Notes under the pieces: model-generated | Databases searched by the model: none | Seen by the model: the letters and a program-made list of their open reading frames with translations, nothing else | What the model was told of the DNA's origin: nothing | In this document: piece after piece, positions 27,440 through 42,385 of the stretch | Layout of the letters: the number at the start of each line of letters is the position of its first letter | How positions within the stretch are numbered: the first letter of the stretch is position 1 | Position numbers and translations under genes: made by a program | Origin: Eledone cirrhosa | Taxonomy: Eukaryota | Direction of reading: 5' to 3' | DNA: 64,000 nt | NCBI GenBank assembly: GCA_964016885.1 | Contig: OZ024745.1 | Span: forward strand, 45,632,001-45,696,000

Positions 27440-28340
27440 TTGTGTTTGTGTGAATGTTTTTTTTTTTTGCATACACACGCACACATACCTATACATATAT
27501 ATGTGTATATGTATATATGTGTATACGTTTCGTTATGTACACATACATATATGTATGTGTACATAAAGAATCATTTTAAAAACAAACACTTTGATATGTT
27601 GTCAGTCATTTATATCCCCCACCCACAGTAATAGTGTTCCAAACATTCGTTTATATATATTCCTAACTTTATATATTTAAGCGCCCTCAACCCATCCCCA
27701 ATAAAAATCTATCCATTATGAAACACACAGACACAAACATATATACGCACATACATATTTGGCACGCACTCCCATCACAAATAGATTATTTAACCCTCAT
27801 AACTGTTTTAATCTAACTAATAACCTTTGATCCATATCAAAATGATAAACACATTGAAATACTTTTACTAGCTCCTGGTCTCTACTCTCGTTAAGAATGT
27901 CTTAACTCTAACAATGGCTATTCAATACGCTAATTCATTTTTATATGAAATTATTCAGCACTTTCAACACCTATGCCCAATGAGCTACAAAAACACGCAT
28001 ACAGGGGCACTTAAGACAGAATAAAAAGAAATCAACCACTAAACATACATATAGAAACACATACACATTCTCACACATTTGGTACCTCACCACAAATAGA
28101 TTTTCCAACCTTTCTAACTCTTACTAATAACGAGAGATACATAAACCTATATAAAAATGTCTGATCCCACCTTAAGAAATCCTGATGAAGCGACCAGCCT
28201 GAAACTTCAAAGTCACTGCCATCTTTGGGATTTGAAAATAAAATATACACTCCATACACAAGTAGTCATTCAGTTAATGTTTGAATGTCTTAAGTACTAT
28301 GTTAATTTAAATATCTATTCTAATATATGCATATATATGC

Positions 28341-28397
<57 letters not shown>

Positions 28398-28509
28398 GGT
28401 ATATACTTATACCATATCTGTATATATATACATACATGCATACATACATACATACATACATACATACATACATACATACATACATACATACATACATACA
28501 TACATACAT

Positions 28510-28675
28510 AGAGCTCCCTAATTCATAGTCTACAAATGGCTGCGATAGCTGGCACCTTCAAAATTTGCAAAACATTCTTGCGATTCAAGGGATGACAATT
28601 TCTTTTCTTTTACAACCTTGCCACCAAGAAGGTGGCCGGCCAAAAATATACTCGAAATTAAGAGAAAGAGAGAAC
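28510..28675 (+). mobile_element. 5'-truncated copy of RLE family A
   Basis: Matches 59238-59400; (CATA)n on both sides. Confidence 0.8.
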
Positions 28676-28716
28676 ATACATACATACATACATACATACA
28701 TACATACATACATACA

Positions 28717-28748
<32 letters not shown>

Positions 28749-29389
28749 ATACACCTGTCTTTCAGGCGTATTCACATTGTTTGCAATTTTCAGAGAATTC
28801 TTCAGGAAGTATAATCAATATTTCGAATCGTTTCACATGATTTCAACAGGTATTCAAAATTAGTTGATGATATAACTTTGGAAAGTCGAACTATTAAATT
28901 AAAATAGATATTAATTAAATAAAAGTTATTATTTACAAATCTGTTTTCGTGTATTTGTTTGCTTTTGCGTGAATGTAAATTATTTGTTGGTATTTACAGT
29001 TCGTGTAATATTTATATTGTTCAATTATTTCGATCTGTTAGAAAATTTGTGGAAGATATCCTCAATCTCACGTCATCATTTAACATGCATATTTCGCACT
29101 CACATGAATACAATCATTGCATTGGGATTTTCCTTCAATTTTGTATATCTTTTGTTAAAGTTTTTGGGTGGCTGACATAATGTCTTTTGTTTGTGTGATA
29201 TGTAAAACTCTAACTGTACAATAAAGCATTGCTAGGTATATTCTTCTGCTTTAAATGCGATTATAAAATCATGGATGGCAACGAAGTATTTTATAATTTA
29301 CTCGAAGAATGATTTGTCATACGCATACAGACAGAGAGACACGAAACATGAATAAACAGAAACTGCCATACACACGCAAATACATCTAT

Positions 29390-29420
<31 letters not shown>

Positions 29421-30213
29421 AATATAGATATAAGCATAAATATATTCACCCCACATGAACACGCAAACACACACACATACACACACATACACACACAAGC
29501 ACACACAGACACACACACAAACACAAACAAACATATACACATACACACACTCATACACATAGACTAGCATTCATTAATTCGTGTTCAAATTTCTTGCAGT
29601 TAATATATTTGGTAATTCTATCTTTCGCTGCCATTTGTACTCATTATATATACAACCATAACTTACACACACGCCCACATAGAATACATAAACAACAATA
29701 CATCAACATATAAGCATAAACACATGTATGTATGTTTGTGTCTTCAAAAACGTACCTACACATAAATATACACTTACATACAAATATACTTATACATGTA
29801 TAAAATTCATCTATGACTAACCACAACCTCAGGTTCATCAAATGGAGTTAATAAACCTATATCATAGACAAATTTTACCTTCACACACACGCACACGCTC
29901 ACGCACACAAACATACACATAAATATATGTATATGTGTGTGTGTTGAAGCACACATAATTATTATGCACACACATACTTTGCTTTGTATCATCCTTTCAC
30001 ATATTTAATCAATTTGTATTATCTTTGTTATGTTCAAGGCGTCTATGGCTGAGAAACCAAATGTCTATTCGTTGCCACCATGATTAATTAACGTAGCTCC
30101 ACCACTGTATTGTCGTTTCCTTTGCAATCTGAATGCCCTACTTCAGTGTTTTCATCAAATCCAGCAATAAGTGAGAGCCCAATACTAACAAGTTTCTCAG
30201 TCTGAAGCCTTTC

Positions 30214-30395
30214 TCATTTGGCAGCAGTATTCTTCGTATGTTTCAGTTCGTAGGTTTCTGGCTCACATTTCTGTGATTCTCCTAAATCTCTCCTGTTGGC
30301 ATAATCGTGAACAATTGGCATTAAGTAGGCATTGATATCTGTCGGATGAATACACTTTTCTTGATCTTCTGTATCCTTTGTATTTGGGTGGTGAC
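30214..30395 (-). CDS. RET: RET probable last coding exon (GHHPNTKD...AYLMPIVHDYANRR...TAAK*)
   Basis: ttttctgtcatag| acceptor, phase 1 continues the frame to TGA; contains a YxN motif. Confidence 0.7.
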
Positions 30396-30446
30396 CTATG
30401 ACAGAAAAAAATAAGTGACAGTGAGAATGTAAAATAATCAGGCTGT

Positions 30447-30612
<166 letters not shown>

Positions 30613-30740
30613 GTGTACATATCATGCTTGCTCTTATATACACATGTACGTATGTGCATGTGTGTATAGGCAGGTATGTATATGGATTATTCGGAAAACA
30701 TCATAGCATGTGTGAATATGAATGTCCCGTTCTGTCTTAC

Positions 30741-30813
30741 CTCGTCGTTTGTTGTTTGGAGTGCTGATTCCTCTTTCATTCTTTCTTAGGAAACCATCCA
30801 TTTGTAAGTAACC
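30741..30813 (-). CDS. RET: RET C-terminal tail exon (GYLQMDGFLRKNERGISTPNNKRR)
   Basis: Strong ctctttacag| acceptor and G|gtaaga donor; phase fits; YLQM at the position of human Y1015 (DYLDL). Confidence 0.75.
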
Positions 30814-31684
30814 CTGTAAAGAGAGAGATCGAATATAGCTACTCGTGCCAACACCTATTCACATTCCAACGATGAGATTGTAAAATTCTAGAAACGGTGA
30901 CAATACAAGTTGGAACATTATTGCGTATTATTGTTTATGAAGATCGTAATTTTACATTTAAATGAGATTGTTTTAGCACGCAAATATATGGTAATATTGT
31001 TTAATGAATAAGCTAGTGATTATGTTGATGAATATTAAGTTTCGCGTTTGAGGCTATATATAACTTGATATACTCATCATTATAAGTTAGGACATCAGGG
31101 TATGGATATTTCTTTTGATACCCAATCTTTCCTCATATATCCACCATCCCGGGAGTATTTCTTTGACATAACAGTAAAAAATTAAAAATATGTCTAGCCA
31201 TTAACTTTCTATTATTATTTATCAGTCCGATTAACTATCTCTGAAATGCATCTTCATACAGATACTACTACAAGTTTATATTAATTTCACCTGTGGGTTT
31301 ATTGAATAAAAAGGAACGAACAAACAAATGCGTGACAGAAATATACACAACATTTCCCGCTGAATAACTCCTTTATCTTTGCTAAACAATATACTACAGA
31401 AAATCAAAATCCTGAAATTAATAATACATTCTGCTGCTTGACTTGAAATATGTTGGTTTTTTAAACTTGACAGAATAAAATAAAACTGGTTAGATACTCA
31501 TTGCAATTTAGAGTTTAATTTAAATATGGTGAGAATCCTTATTGAAAAAGAACTAAAAAAAAAATGTTAGATAAATTTTAGTAGAAAGACATTAATGCGT
31601 CGTCGACAATACTGTGGATCTTCTCCTAACGAGAAAGTTAATAAGTTTTCTGACCAGGCGTTAAATTATGAGAGAGCGTGATAA

Positions 31685-31915
31685 AGGCTCGTGATCTAGT
31701 GGTTAGGGTGTTGGACTTACAATCATAATTTTGCGGTATCGATTCCTTTAGCCGGTATACACAGCTGAAAATGAAAAACACCAGTAACTGGATGGTTAAT
31801 CCTGTGGTGGACTGCCATCTTGTCCAGGGGAAAGTCTGGTATTCACAGTAGCTTAATGCCAAATAAACGGAGGAAGAACCGATCTATAGAGTCTCCGAGC
31901 TTGAGACAGATTTTG
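31685..31915 (+). mobile_element. Second tRNA-derived SINE family
   Basis: ctagtggttaggg A box, tcgattcc B box, cctgtggtggactgccatcttgtccagggg core. Confidence 0.6.
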
Positions 31916-32273
31916 AACTTTTAGAATTAGATATTTAATGTCAAATCATTTAAACCTGGATTCGAAATTGGGCACTTAGTTGAGTTGACTTGTTGCTTCA
32001 GATTTACAATCTAGATTACATTTAGCATTTTTAAAAATATTAATATGGTAAATGGCGTTTTCTTTGAGAATAAATTCAAAGGATTCATATTTCGGGAAAA
32101 TTATGAATTTGAAAATCTTGCCTCCTGTAGTGAATTTGGTGAATTGAGAGGGCTTCAAGCATGAATGAATCTACAAGAATGTTTGATTTTATCAGAAACG
32201 TACTTCTTGCAGTATAACAGAAATCTTACTTCATCGTCTTCAATAATTATAGAAACAAAAAGAAACGACTTAC

Positions 32274-32373
32274 TGTTCTTTCCTGAAGTAGTCGATCCAA
32301 AATATCTGCCAAATCTCCAAATGATGGGCGCTGAGCAGGTTCTGTTTTCCAACATTTTTGCATTATAGCGTAA
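32274..32373 (-). CDS. RET: RET kinase subdomain XI exon (YAIMQKCWKTEPAQRPSFGDLADILDRLLQERT)
   Basis: CW...P..RP.F motif; 100 nt; GT-AG. Confidence 0.95.
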
Positions 32374-33855
32374 CTGAGAACAAAATAAAGGTTTAACTTA
32401 ATGTTTCAGAAAGCATATATTGAGCACTTTGAGGATTTGAATTTAGAAAAAACAGCACAACATTCTTCACAAAACGCACACACACGCACACAGAGATAAA
32501 CACACGTACAAACTTACGCACACACACATACACATACACACACCCACACACACACACATATATATATTTACTGATTATAAGAGTGCTTATCTACGAAGGT
32601 TACGTTGCAACGTCACGAAGATATTCCGGTTTAACCAGTTAAAAGCCCTTCATGTTAGCCGTATATATCCAGCAATGAGGTGACGATATATATATATGAC
32701 CATAACATAATTCGCATGAACATTCAACGTAACACAGCGTGTGAGAAGGCTGGCGCTCTCAGTTACAGGTACAGTCTACCTGACGGACTTCCAAACAGTT
32801 TCAGTTTCCCACTCACAAGTCATGGGTCAACCGAAAGCTATGGTAAATGAGACTTGCTCAAAATTCGACACAGTAGAATTGAACTCGGGAAGTTATGGTT
32901 GGGAAATTAACTTCTTAACAATTCAACCATGCTTCTCGCAATCTCTTAACAATTTCTACGCTATTTTCTCGCTAAATCTACTTCTTTTCCGTACTTTCTC
33001 ATAATAGGAGATGGAAAAAAAACAAAAAAAACATCATGACGTGATAATTTGGAAATTGTTCTACTTCTACCATCTGCATGGTTCTTAATTAGGGTAGGAC
33101 GTTCTTGTTTATCTGATTTCACCTTGTGGTTTTCTATAGGAGAGTTCGCTTTATATATGAACGATTGATTTTGACTAGGCTTTCCAGTATATAATACCGA
33201 GGAAATGGGTATTGAGAGGAAATAGTTCATTTTTTTAAAGGATATATTACAAGGTATGTATCAAAAGTTATGTGACGAATTGGCAAAGTTATTAGAACGT
33301 CGGATAGAATAATTTACGGTACTTGATCAAGCTCTCTGTTTTCCGAATTCAAATCCCATCAAGTTCAATTTTGCCTTTTGTCTTTTCGAGGTCCATAAAA
33401 ATATTCCAGTCTCATACTGGTGTCTATATCTCTTCCTCACTCTCAATCTATAGGCTTCACTAAAAAGACCTGCTACGTTCAAACCCAGAAAAGTGACGGA
33501 CTCCGCCAGGTTTAATAATGCCTAACAAACACCATACGACGACCCTATGGTTCCGACAGGAGTTACGAGTAGATATATACATACCATGAAGTGCCTGCAA
33601 CCAGAATCTATAGATTAGTCATTATGGATATAACAAGAACAATAGCAACAACAGATACAATGAATAATAATTAGCACATTAGGTTTATAGCGTGTCTTTT
33701 AATACAGAGCCGAATCATCCCTGATATTGCTAATTGAATTAATTCTCATCGAACACACTGTTTGAATGACATCTTACCGCTGGCGTTTTGTACTTAGCAC
33801 AAATACCTGTCACGAAAGAGAAATTAAATTTAAATGCCATATATGCGTTTTTACA

Positions 33856-33905
<50 letters not shown>

Positions 33906-34862
33906 ATCATTGTTTTGTGCGTAACCTAAGGTGTATGAGTATTTGCATTGGATTTATTCGTCCAATATTAAAAGAATTAGCTAATTTGATATTCGCATTA
34001 CGAAAAGATACCAGTGGTTTTTGTTATTGCATCCTCTCAGCATATAAGCCCTTTTAGGCATCAAGACCACACTTTAAGAAATGATTAAAACATGGAATCG
34101 AAAATATATTGCGGACTAGGATCACAAGAGCGTTTATCAATACCTCAATCCACTTAGTGGCCTTAGCTACTAATTAACCAGAACAAAACGAAACAATTTT
34201 GAAATCGCTCTTAAGTTTATTCTCACCTCCAAACGCAAACAATACTTAGACAACAAAGTTCAATTTCTTATTTTCATTTGTTCGCTGATTATCCAGGATG
34301 ACAATACCACAGCACACCCTCACACAACATGAAACTCTCTCACTTCAAATCTACTCCGTTATTACTTATCATGTCGTTGTGGACACAGCGTATTTTAATA
34401 GTTACGAAATTCTCTTCACAATCAATAGGGTCTGGGTTCCATCACACAGCGTGGCATGTTAGGTAAATTTTATTTACCATAGTCTCGGTTCGACACTTGG
34501 TTCACTCTTTTCCTCTTTCATTCTCTAGGAATATATTGTTATTTGGAAAAGCTCTAGAGTACACGGGGCTCATCCCTTTGCTTAAAAGTAGTGGTCAAAG
34601 GTAGAATAGCTACGATTTCATATCATTGTCTGTGGCAGGGATATTGTTATTTGAAGAACATTTAAAAATGATATCAAGACACCATCAATGAAGATATTGA
34701 TGTAACAATTTACATAGTATTAAGAGCAAAGAAAACGTTATCTTGTAACAAGATCACCAAAATTGGTACACATCTAATTTCATATCGGAAATATTTATAT
34801 ATATGTTAAATACATGAAATATTGTAGCAGTCAATTGGTAATAGTAGCGATTTTATACATAC

Positions 34863-34959
34863 ATTTCATCTGAACAGTTTTCAGGCCTGTCCATTCGATA
34901 TCCGGTTTTAAGCAAACTGAAGAGTCTCTCCGGTGGAATACCTGGATAAGGGTTAGCAC
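34863..34959 (-). CDS. RET: RET kinase exon ([33 protein letters not shown])
   Basis: Near-identical to human [28 protein letters not shown]; GT-AG. Confidence 0.97.
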
Positions 34960-35143
34960 CTATAAAATATAAACTTTCTTTTAAAATTCAAGTATGGAAA
35001 TTGTTATAATTATTATTTGTATTGTTATTATTATTTATAAAACCATTTGATATTGTTTTAGGAAAGATATTTCTATTATTTAGCAAATAGTGTATTGTCA
35101 GTTACAAGGGAATAAAGTGGTTTGCAGTTTATATAAATACACA

Positions 35144-35271
<128 letters not shown>

Positions 35272-37148
35272 AATATATATATATATATATATATATAAAA
35301 TCGAACCGCTATTTAGAATTGTTATCATGTGGTCTTGAACGTTTGAGCACGAATGTATTTACATACCCATATATGCATACCCATATATGTTAGTAAGTCA
35401 GCTGACTTATAGGAATGGGCAGATAGAAATATGTAGCTAGATAGAAGGGTAGATAAATACATAAATAGATATATAATTAGATAGGTAGATACAAATTGAT
35501 AGAGATAGATTGATTTATGATGAGTTTTGAAGCGTTAATATCAATCGATTAGCTGTCAAAACTTTTCCAAGTGGTATTGCCTAGTTTGTAGAGGTATCTG
35601 AATATGTAGAGACGTCGGTTTAGATCGGAGAGTTTTAATGAAAGCACTTTATAATTAGATGTCAGTCTTAAATCTATCTTGATATATTGTTAAATATTAC
35701 ATCTTTAGAAGGAACACTGTTTTCCTAATTAACTTGTCGATCTTGTGAAAACTTAAGATTTGATTCTCATGACGTAGACGCCACAAGCGCTGGTGATAAA
35801 TCGTTTGAATATGCTTCTGGCAAAATTACAGTAGCGACCAGAAGTGTTGGTGAAGTTCGGTGTTTTAATGTGTAACCTCACAATAAGTTACAACAGACAA
35901 AATATATATGCAAATGATATCATTATCACATTTTCCGACCATTCACAAGACATATAACTGTACAACAGTCCTACTTCACCTAAGTAGAAACATCAATTCA
36001 AACAAATAGTTTAAATGCACCACCTATAAATGTACCAACACCACAACTACCATCATCAACAACGCCATCACCAACACCACCATAAATACCAACAGCAACG
36101 ACGATAACAACAGTAACACCACCACCACCAACAACAACAACAACAACAACAACGTCACCAACACTAACAGCAACGACAGAAACACCAACACCACCACAAC
36201 CACCTCTTGCGAATAGCACGGTAACTATACTAACGGATATACGGATAAATTTAACTATACTAACACTAATCCTAATCCTAATCCTAATTCTAACACCCAG
36301 CATTGAAGTCGTGGTCATCTTCGACTCAGAAGAGGAAACAAAATTTAGATTCCTAATAGTCTTTTGAGAGATAGAGTAGTGAAGACTCGTCTCCGAATGA
36401 CGGTACGTGACATCTTAGTGTATTTGAGGCAATATCTTCCATTGAACATCTATGGTCTAGTTGTAAATGAATCACTTTATGTTTGCAGTAGAATGTAGAA
36501 TTTAATTTTGTAGGATGTAAAGATAATAACCGAACAAAATGCCATCAAAATATAAAAGTACATACATAATACGCGAACAAGCATAAAGTGTGAAATTTAT
36601 TCTAATCACTAAGATATATCTCTATATCAGAAACCCTTATTCAGATAATAAAATGAGATCACTATAATCCTATTAATATTGAAGAGATAAAGCCTCCCGT
36701 AACATGTTTTAGTTTTTAAACAATATAACGTATACAATATAACATATTTCAGGTCACAATATCAAACGTATATCATTGAAATAACATAATCACTTCAAAT
36801 TGAAATTAATCTAATTTTCATTAATTTTATGAATAATTCTTTGACATGGTGATAATGATGTTAAAGAGTTTGTTCCTAAATGAACTATGAACACAATCTT
36901 AGCTATACAATAACACGCAACAGATTTATTCTTTGAAATAGGATATATTTGAAATGTGAAATTGATATATTGGAAAAAAAACACTCAGCTAGTCAGAGTA
37001 TAGCTAGGGTAAAGTGAGTGGGTTTTATTGGAGAGAATAATTGGGTTTGTTTATGAATGAGGTAAAGTTAGGCTGAAAGTAATTTAATGAGCCTTTTTTA
37101 TATGATTTGTATGAAAAGGGTTCATTGAATTACTTTCAGCCTAACTTT

Positions 37149-37216
37149 AGCACGTTTGTAGCACGTTTGTGGCACGTTTGTGGAACGTTTGTGGCACGTT
37201 TGTGGGACGTTTGTGG
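37149..37216. repeat. 11-bp minisatellite (GCACGTTTGTG) x6
   Basis: Read directly. Confidence 0.9.
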
Positions 37217-37536
37217 AGTGGGTACATCTGCTTCATAGTAGAGAAAATACTAGACCTTATTCTCTCTTTGATGACAATAATGTGATTAAGAATAACATTT
37301 TGGATTAAAACATTAAATGACGTTGACAGTGACATGCCCCACAATTAAACATTTCACTCAACAGTCTGACACTAACAAAACTGAAGCCTAGGGCTCCCTG
37401 GAAAAGTATTAAAACATAAATTACGATATTATTATTAGAATTACAGTTACAGAGAGGGGTTGAATTGTTTAACAATTTAAAAAGAGTATTGCATAAAAAG
37501 AACAAAACAATATACCAAAATTAAGAAATAACTTAC

Positions 37537-37577
37537 CCATTGTTATTATTTCCCACAACAACACTCCGAAAGACCAT
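37537..37577 (-). CDS. RET: RET 41-nt kinase exon (WSFGVLLWEIITMG)
   Basis: Subdomain IX motif; ctatag| acceptor, G|gtaagt donor; phase 2-1. Confidence 0.95.
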
Positions 37578-37944
37578 CTATAGTTATGGGAAAATAATAT
37601 AAAATAATTTGTATTTATTCAGATACATAAAGAAAAACGTAGTTGAAACTAAAAAAGAGAGTGGGTTGCCGCAGCAAAAACTAACGCCTCGTATGATGAA
37701 CAATAGTATAGATGTGATCCAATATTATATTCTAATCTATATCCTCATGTATTAGTGATATACAGACATATGAATTCGACATTTCTATTATGTAAGTAAA
37801 TGAAGGATAAACCACACACATTCATGTTTACTTTAAATTTTAAACACGTATGTATAATTCATAAGCTAAACATTTCCATCTAATATCTAAAGCAAATCAC
37901 TGCTTGTATCGCCTGCCTTTTCGTTTTAATAATAATTATTTTAA

Positions 37945-38345
37945 TTTTGCACATGGCCAGAAATTTGAAGATCAACGAAAAGTCGATTAAATCCACCCCA
38001 CCACCTTACTGGTACTTTATTTCATCGACAAAGATGACCTCGATGGGATTTGAATTCACAATGTAAAGAGCACGCACAGATATTACTCAGCATTTGCTCG
38101 ATGTTCTAACGAATCTGCCAATCCACCGTCCTTTGCTTGTAGTAGAAAAAGAATAATTATTTCTACTTTCGTAAGGATGAAAGGCAAAGTTAACCTCAGA
38201 CCGCAAAGGGTCGTAATAAAAGTAGTAGTAAAATAATAATGGTTTCTACTTTTGGCACAAGGCCAGCAATTATCCAGTTCATTACTGGTACTTTATTTTA
38301 TCGACCCCGTAAGGATGAAAGGCAAAGTTAACCTCGGCGGGATTT
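37945..38345 (-). mobile_element. Cluster of OK/Nin-type SINE copies and fragments
   Basis: ctggtactttatttt..gacccc..ggatgaaaggcaaag pieces. Confidence 0.7.
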
Positions 38346-38504
38346 AGTAAAATAATAATGAAGTGTAGTATTAGTAGTAGTAGTAATAATAGTAGTAGTA
38401 GCAGCAGAAAGACGTATTTGATGCGATCTTAGGATTTAAAATTGATTCATCACTGCACGGGAGAGGTTTTAATCCAACGATGTTGTTAGTTAAAGTATAC
38501 TTAC

Positions 38505-38575
38505 ACGTCACTCTTTGATGTATAAACCTGGGCGTATAAAGATTCCGGTGCCATCCATTTAACAGGAATTCGGCC
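38505..38575 (-). CDS. RET: RET kinase exon (GRIPVKWMAPESLYAQVYTSKSDV)
   Basis: GRIPVKWMA motif; 71 nt; tttag| acceptor, |gtaagt donor. Confidence 0.97.
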
Positions 38576-38620
38576 CTAAAATAGATACCGATAGATGATA
38601 TATATATATATACATATAAA

Positions 38621-39745
38621 ACATTCCCAAAATTCTGCATATAATAAATGCATGTGCACATGCACAGATACAAAACATGCATACATATAACTATGCATAC
38701 ATATAACTCAAACATCCACACATAGAATAACATCCATACCTGCATACACAGGCATGCAGACATGCATACATGTCTACCTACTTGATGTTGTTTAAATTCC
38801 AATGAGAGTTTTTTCTTGTGTCTATATTAGAAACAGACTCTCTCTATTGGTAAACATTCATAAAATTATAAAACCAGGAGAATATACATACATACTGGCT
38901 ACATATATACATACATGGCTGCCCCCTCGTTATCGAGTATGGCCATTGCACGATATACCATTATTAATAATTATTAATTAATTCTATCGGGCAACGCCTG
39001 TGCGTGAAGATATTTTTTTAAAGTGAGGAAAGACTGTGCACTGAGCCAATTCCACTCTCTGAGCGACAGTAGTTATAACCCGAAAAGAAGAAAAGATCAA
39101 CATCATCGGTAACTACTGAGCCGCGGGTTTTATATCGGAGTTCTCCTAGTTTCCTGAATTGCCTTCACCTAGAAGAGTGTCCTGACAAAGGCTAGAGGTC
39201 CTTCACTCCCAGTGGTTTAACCGCGCGATCGGGTATCCAAACCGACTGTTTCTGTGTCCCCGCGCATATACACACACATGCACCCATGTATATACACATA
39301 TACATATACATACATATGTACATGTGTATATACACATTTGCTCACTTTTGGATACATACAGCACATACATACATGCCTGTGATTATTGGCGCACTGGGAT
39401 ATGTTAGTAACTGCCTCAATACAAATCTTGAGAAGCTGGGCTTCACAGGAACAGAAAGAACACAACTAGTTAGGAAATTACAAGTAAATATATGTAAAAC
39501 ATTCCAAAAAGTTTGCATTTAATAACTGCATATACATGTACAGATACAACTCATGCACACATACAATCAAAACATCCACATCTACACATACAATAACATC
39601 CATACCTACACATGCATGCAGACATGTATACATATCTACCTAGTTGATGTTGTGTAAATTCCAATGAGAGAGTCTTGTATCTATACTAGAAACCGACTCT
39701 TTCTCTATTGGCAAACAATTGTGAAATTATAAAACCAGAAGAACA
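38621..39745 (+). mobile_element. Two 5'-truncated copies of RLE family B (38621-38885, 39372-39745) with an unclassified repeat (38917-39265) between them
   Basis: Match to 60250-60612 including PVIIGALGYVS; CATA junctions; 38917-39265 matches 19905-20270. Confidence 0.75.
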
Positions 39746-40238
39746 TACATACATTTATCTATAATCTTCGATTTGTTGGAAATGTACCCCCTTTTTTCAT
39801 TTATTTTAAATTATCCAAATCCGGGAAATGGCACTGACCACCGCCACGACAAAGACAAGTATAAATGAAGAAATCCTAGAAGAATTGCAAGATAGATTAT
39901 TTTATCTCACTCAGCCTTTTGTGCATACCTTCTCTTCTTGGCTAATATGTTGGGCTTTCTTACTATCTCTTCTTTCTAGTTGCAGCACATTGATATGTAG
40001 CACATTTCATTTATTTGTAAATAGTCGAAAAAACAATCGCCCTGTCCTATATCCATTTGTTACTGTCCCATGTGTGCACAGGAATTAGCGGTTTCGACCA
40101 TAAAGAACCGAACCCACGATGACCTCCTGTGGTCGATTGATGAAAAGGGACTGTATTGTCTGTTGTCCGTTTTTCAATTCTCTTCGTGCTCCGAGTTTGT
40201 ATGATCTTAGCCATGCAGGACACTTTTCATATATATAC

Positions 40239-40290
<52 letters not shown>

Positions 40291-40494
40291 TTTCTGAATT
40301 TGTTTAGCAAGATTCCTTATCTGAAAACGTGTGTTGAAACCGATATTGTTATACTTTGGGAGAGTCATGTTGCCAATAAGAAACACACGCACCAGTTGCT
40401 TTCACTTCAATTTATTATAATAAATTTATAAATTTAGGAATTTATAAATTTCTGGTTGGTTGGTTGGTTCCACAACCAGATGGTTGTTTATATT

Positions 40495-40537
40495 GTCAAA
40501 GTTCTTTCGTCACACATTCTGTGACCTCTTCAGTGAC
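40495..40537 (-). ncRNA. Minimal hammerhead ribozyme in PLE 3' pLTR
   Basis: Same motif as 22113-22155, downstream of the PLE ORF and on the same strand. Confidence 0.75.
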
Positions 40538-40739
40538 TGGGGATTCTTTTCTTTGTTTTTGTGCCTCTCCTTTGTTCTGTCCTACGCCATCTTGTTTTTT
40601 TGTGTGTGTTGTGTGCTTAGTTTGCGCATGTGTTACATCCGGGTGTCTGTGTGTGTTTATATTCGTTTATTTATTTGTTTATTTACATGTTACTGGTTGG
40701 TTGTTTGTTCTATGTGCGTCTGTGTTTTCATTTTGTCCT

Positions 40740-42385
40740 TAATTGTAAGTTGTGATGTTGCTGTTCCACTCATGTTTTCTATTTAATTTTGGTTGGAGTT
40801 CATTTATGTTTATTGCCTCTGAGATTTGTCTAAACATTGCGTCTTTTCTGTGTGTAGATTATATTTTTATTTCTATGTTCTCTAATTTACCCTTATGTTC
40901 TATTTTAGCATGTTGGTAGAGTACAGATGATTCTTTACTATCTTGAAGGTCTCGCCAGTGTTCATTTATCCGTTCCCCTATACTACGAGCTGTCTCACCT
41001 ATGTACACTATATTCTTATCTCTACATTGTCCTTCAGTACATCTTATGCTAAATACTACATTTCTGGTTTTACAGTTAATATGGGGGTTTAATTTACAGA
41101 TTATACATTTCTTATCTATACAGGGAGGTCTTTGAAAAGAGTATGTCTTGCTACTAAGTGTTTTTATGGAGGTACCTGGTCTTTCTACTATCTTAATATT
41201 GAGTTTATGTTTATCTAGGGCCCTTCTAAATGTGTAAGCTAATTCACCTTTAGGGGTTGTATCGATGAATATTACACTCTGGTATTTATTGCTATCATAC
41301 GATGAGTTTATTCTATTAGCCTTATTCCTAGTTCTTTCTATTCTATTCCAAAATTTGCTCCTATACAAGGGGCAGGTCCCATTTGTGTCATTATTTACCA
41401 TTTTTTCCCATTTGGTTCTGGCTCCTCTATACACTCTGATTTTATCTCTCTGATTGTAACCAGAGAACTGCATACGGTGGATGAAGTGTTGTATGTGTCT
41501 CTCTAGTTCTTCGGGGTTGCACATGCGGGACACGTTTCTCATCACCCGTACCATATCCGCAATCAGTATGTTGATTTTGGTATGATCCGAAACAGCTGAG
41601 TTTCGGTGGATCAGATATTTGGAAGTCATGGGTTTGGCATAATGGGAATGGAGGATTTGTTTTTTGTTATTAATTGTTTCTAACCCGAGCTCTGTGTCTA
41701 GTACAGGTAATCGATGGTTGGGGTGTTTGCTTGGGTAGTCTATAGAAACTCTAATACTCTGGTGGATGGAGTTAGCTATTTGCTGGATGCTTTCGATTGT
41801 GTTTTTCTCTAATTCCTGACTGTTCTCTAGTGGGGGTGTTTTAACTACGATGTTTATATCATCAGTGTAGCGGGGGTACATTATCAGGGTTAAGGGGTCT
41901 TCTAATTGTTCTTTAAGTTTAAGTTTAAGTCTACTGTCCCACCATACCATGACTAGGTTAGCTATGTCGCCTGCAATGCTAACACCAATGGCTGCTCCCT
42001 CCTCTTGGGCATATGTTTGTCCATTAAATTTGAACATATGTTCCTTAAGGGTTAATTTTATACTGGCCCCCACCGCATGTGCAATCATTTTCTTTAGTTC
42101 ATCGTGGTTTTCGGGGGTCCGTATGGCTCTGGTCCACCCGTTCCATCTATCTGTGTGGGTTTTCTTGGCCATTGAGGTAATGGTAGGTGGTCTGCCTCTT
42201 GCTGATCTTGTAGGGCACAGGTTGCTAAGGTCATACGTGTCTAGATAATTATTACTATAGGTAAGTTTAAGTAGGAGTCCCAGCTCACTGGTATCAATCC
42301 CACGGAATTCAACATTGCTCTCACTGATCATTTCTACGCATTTCTCCACAGCAAAATCCACGTCAATAGATGGATACAATAACAT
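40740..42385 (-). pseudogene. PLE RT-GIY-YIG ORF with a premature stop at 40859-40861; 5' end broken
   Basis: After the TAA the same frame continues STHRKDAMFRQISEAININELQPKLNRKHEW, the typical GIY-YIG C-terminus. Confidence 0.85.

Noticed and set aside
28182-28214. Hammerhead core CTGATGA...GAAACTTCAAAGTC
   Set aside because: Stem I cannot form; at most a decayed HHR.
31976-32170. Possible alternative RET terminal exon after the subdomain XI exon
   Set aside because: AG acceptors exist but the translation shows no RET-like tail; 30741-30813 has better splice signals and a YL motif.
36266-36292. (CTAATC)n resembling a telomeric repeat
   Set aside because: Only about 4 units and not TTAGGG; part of a low-complexity region.
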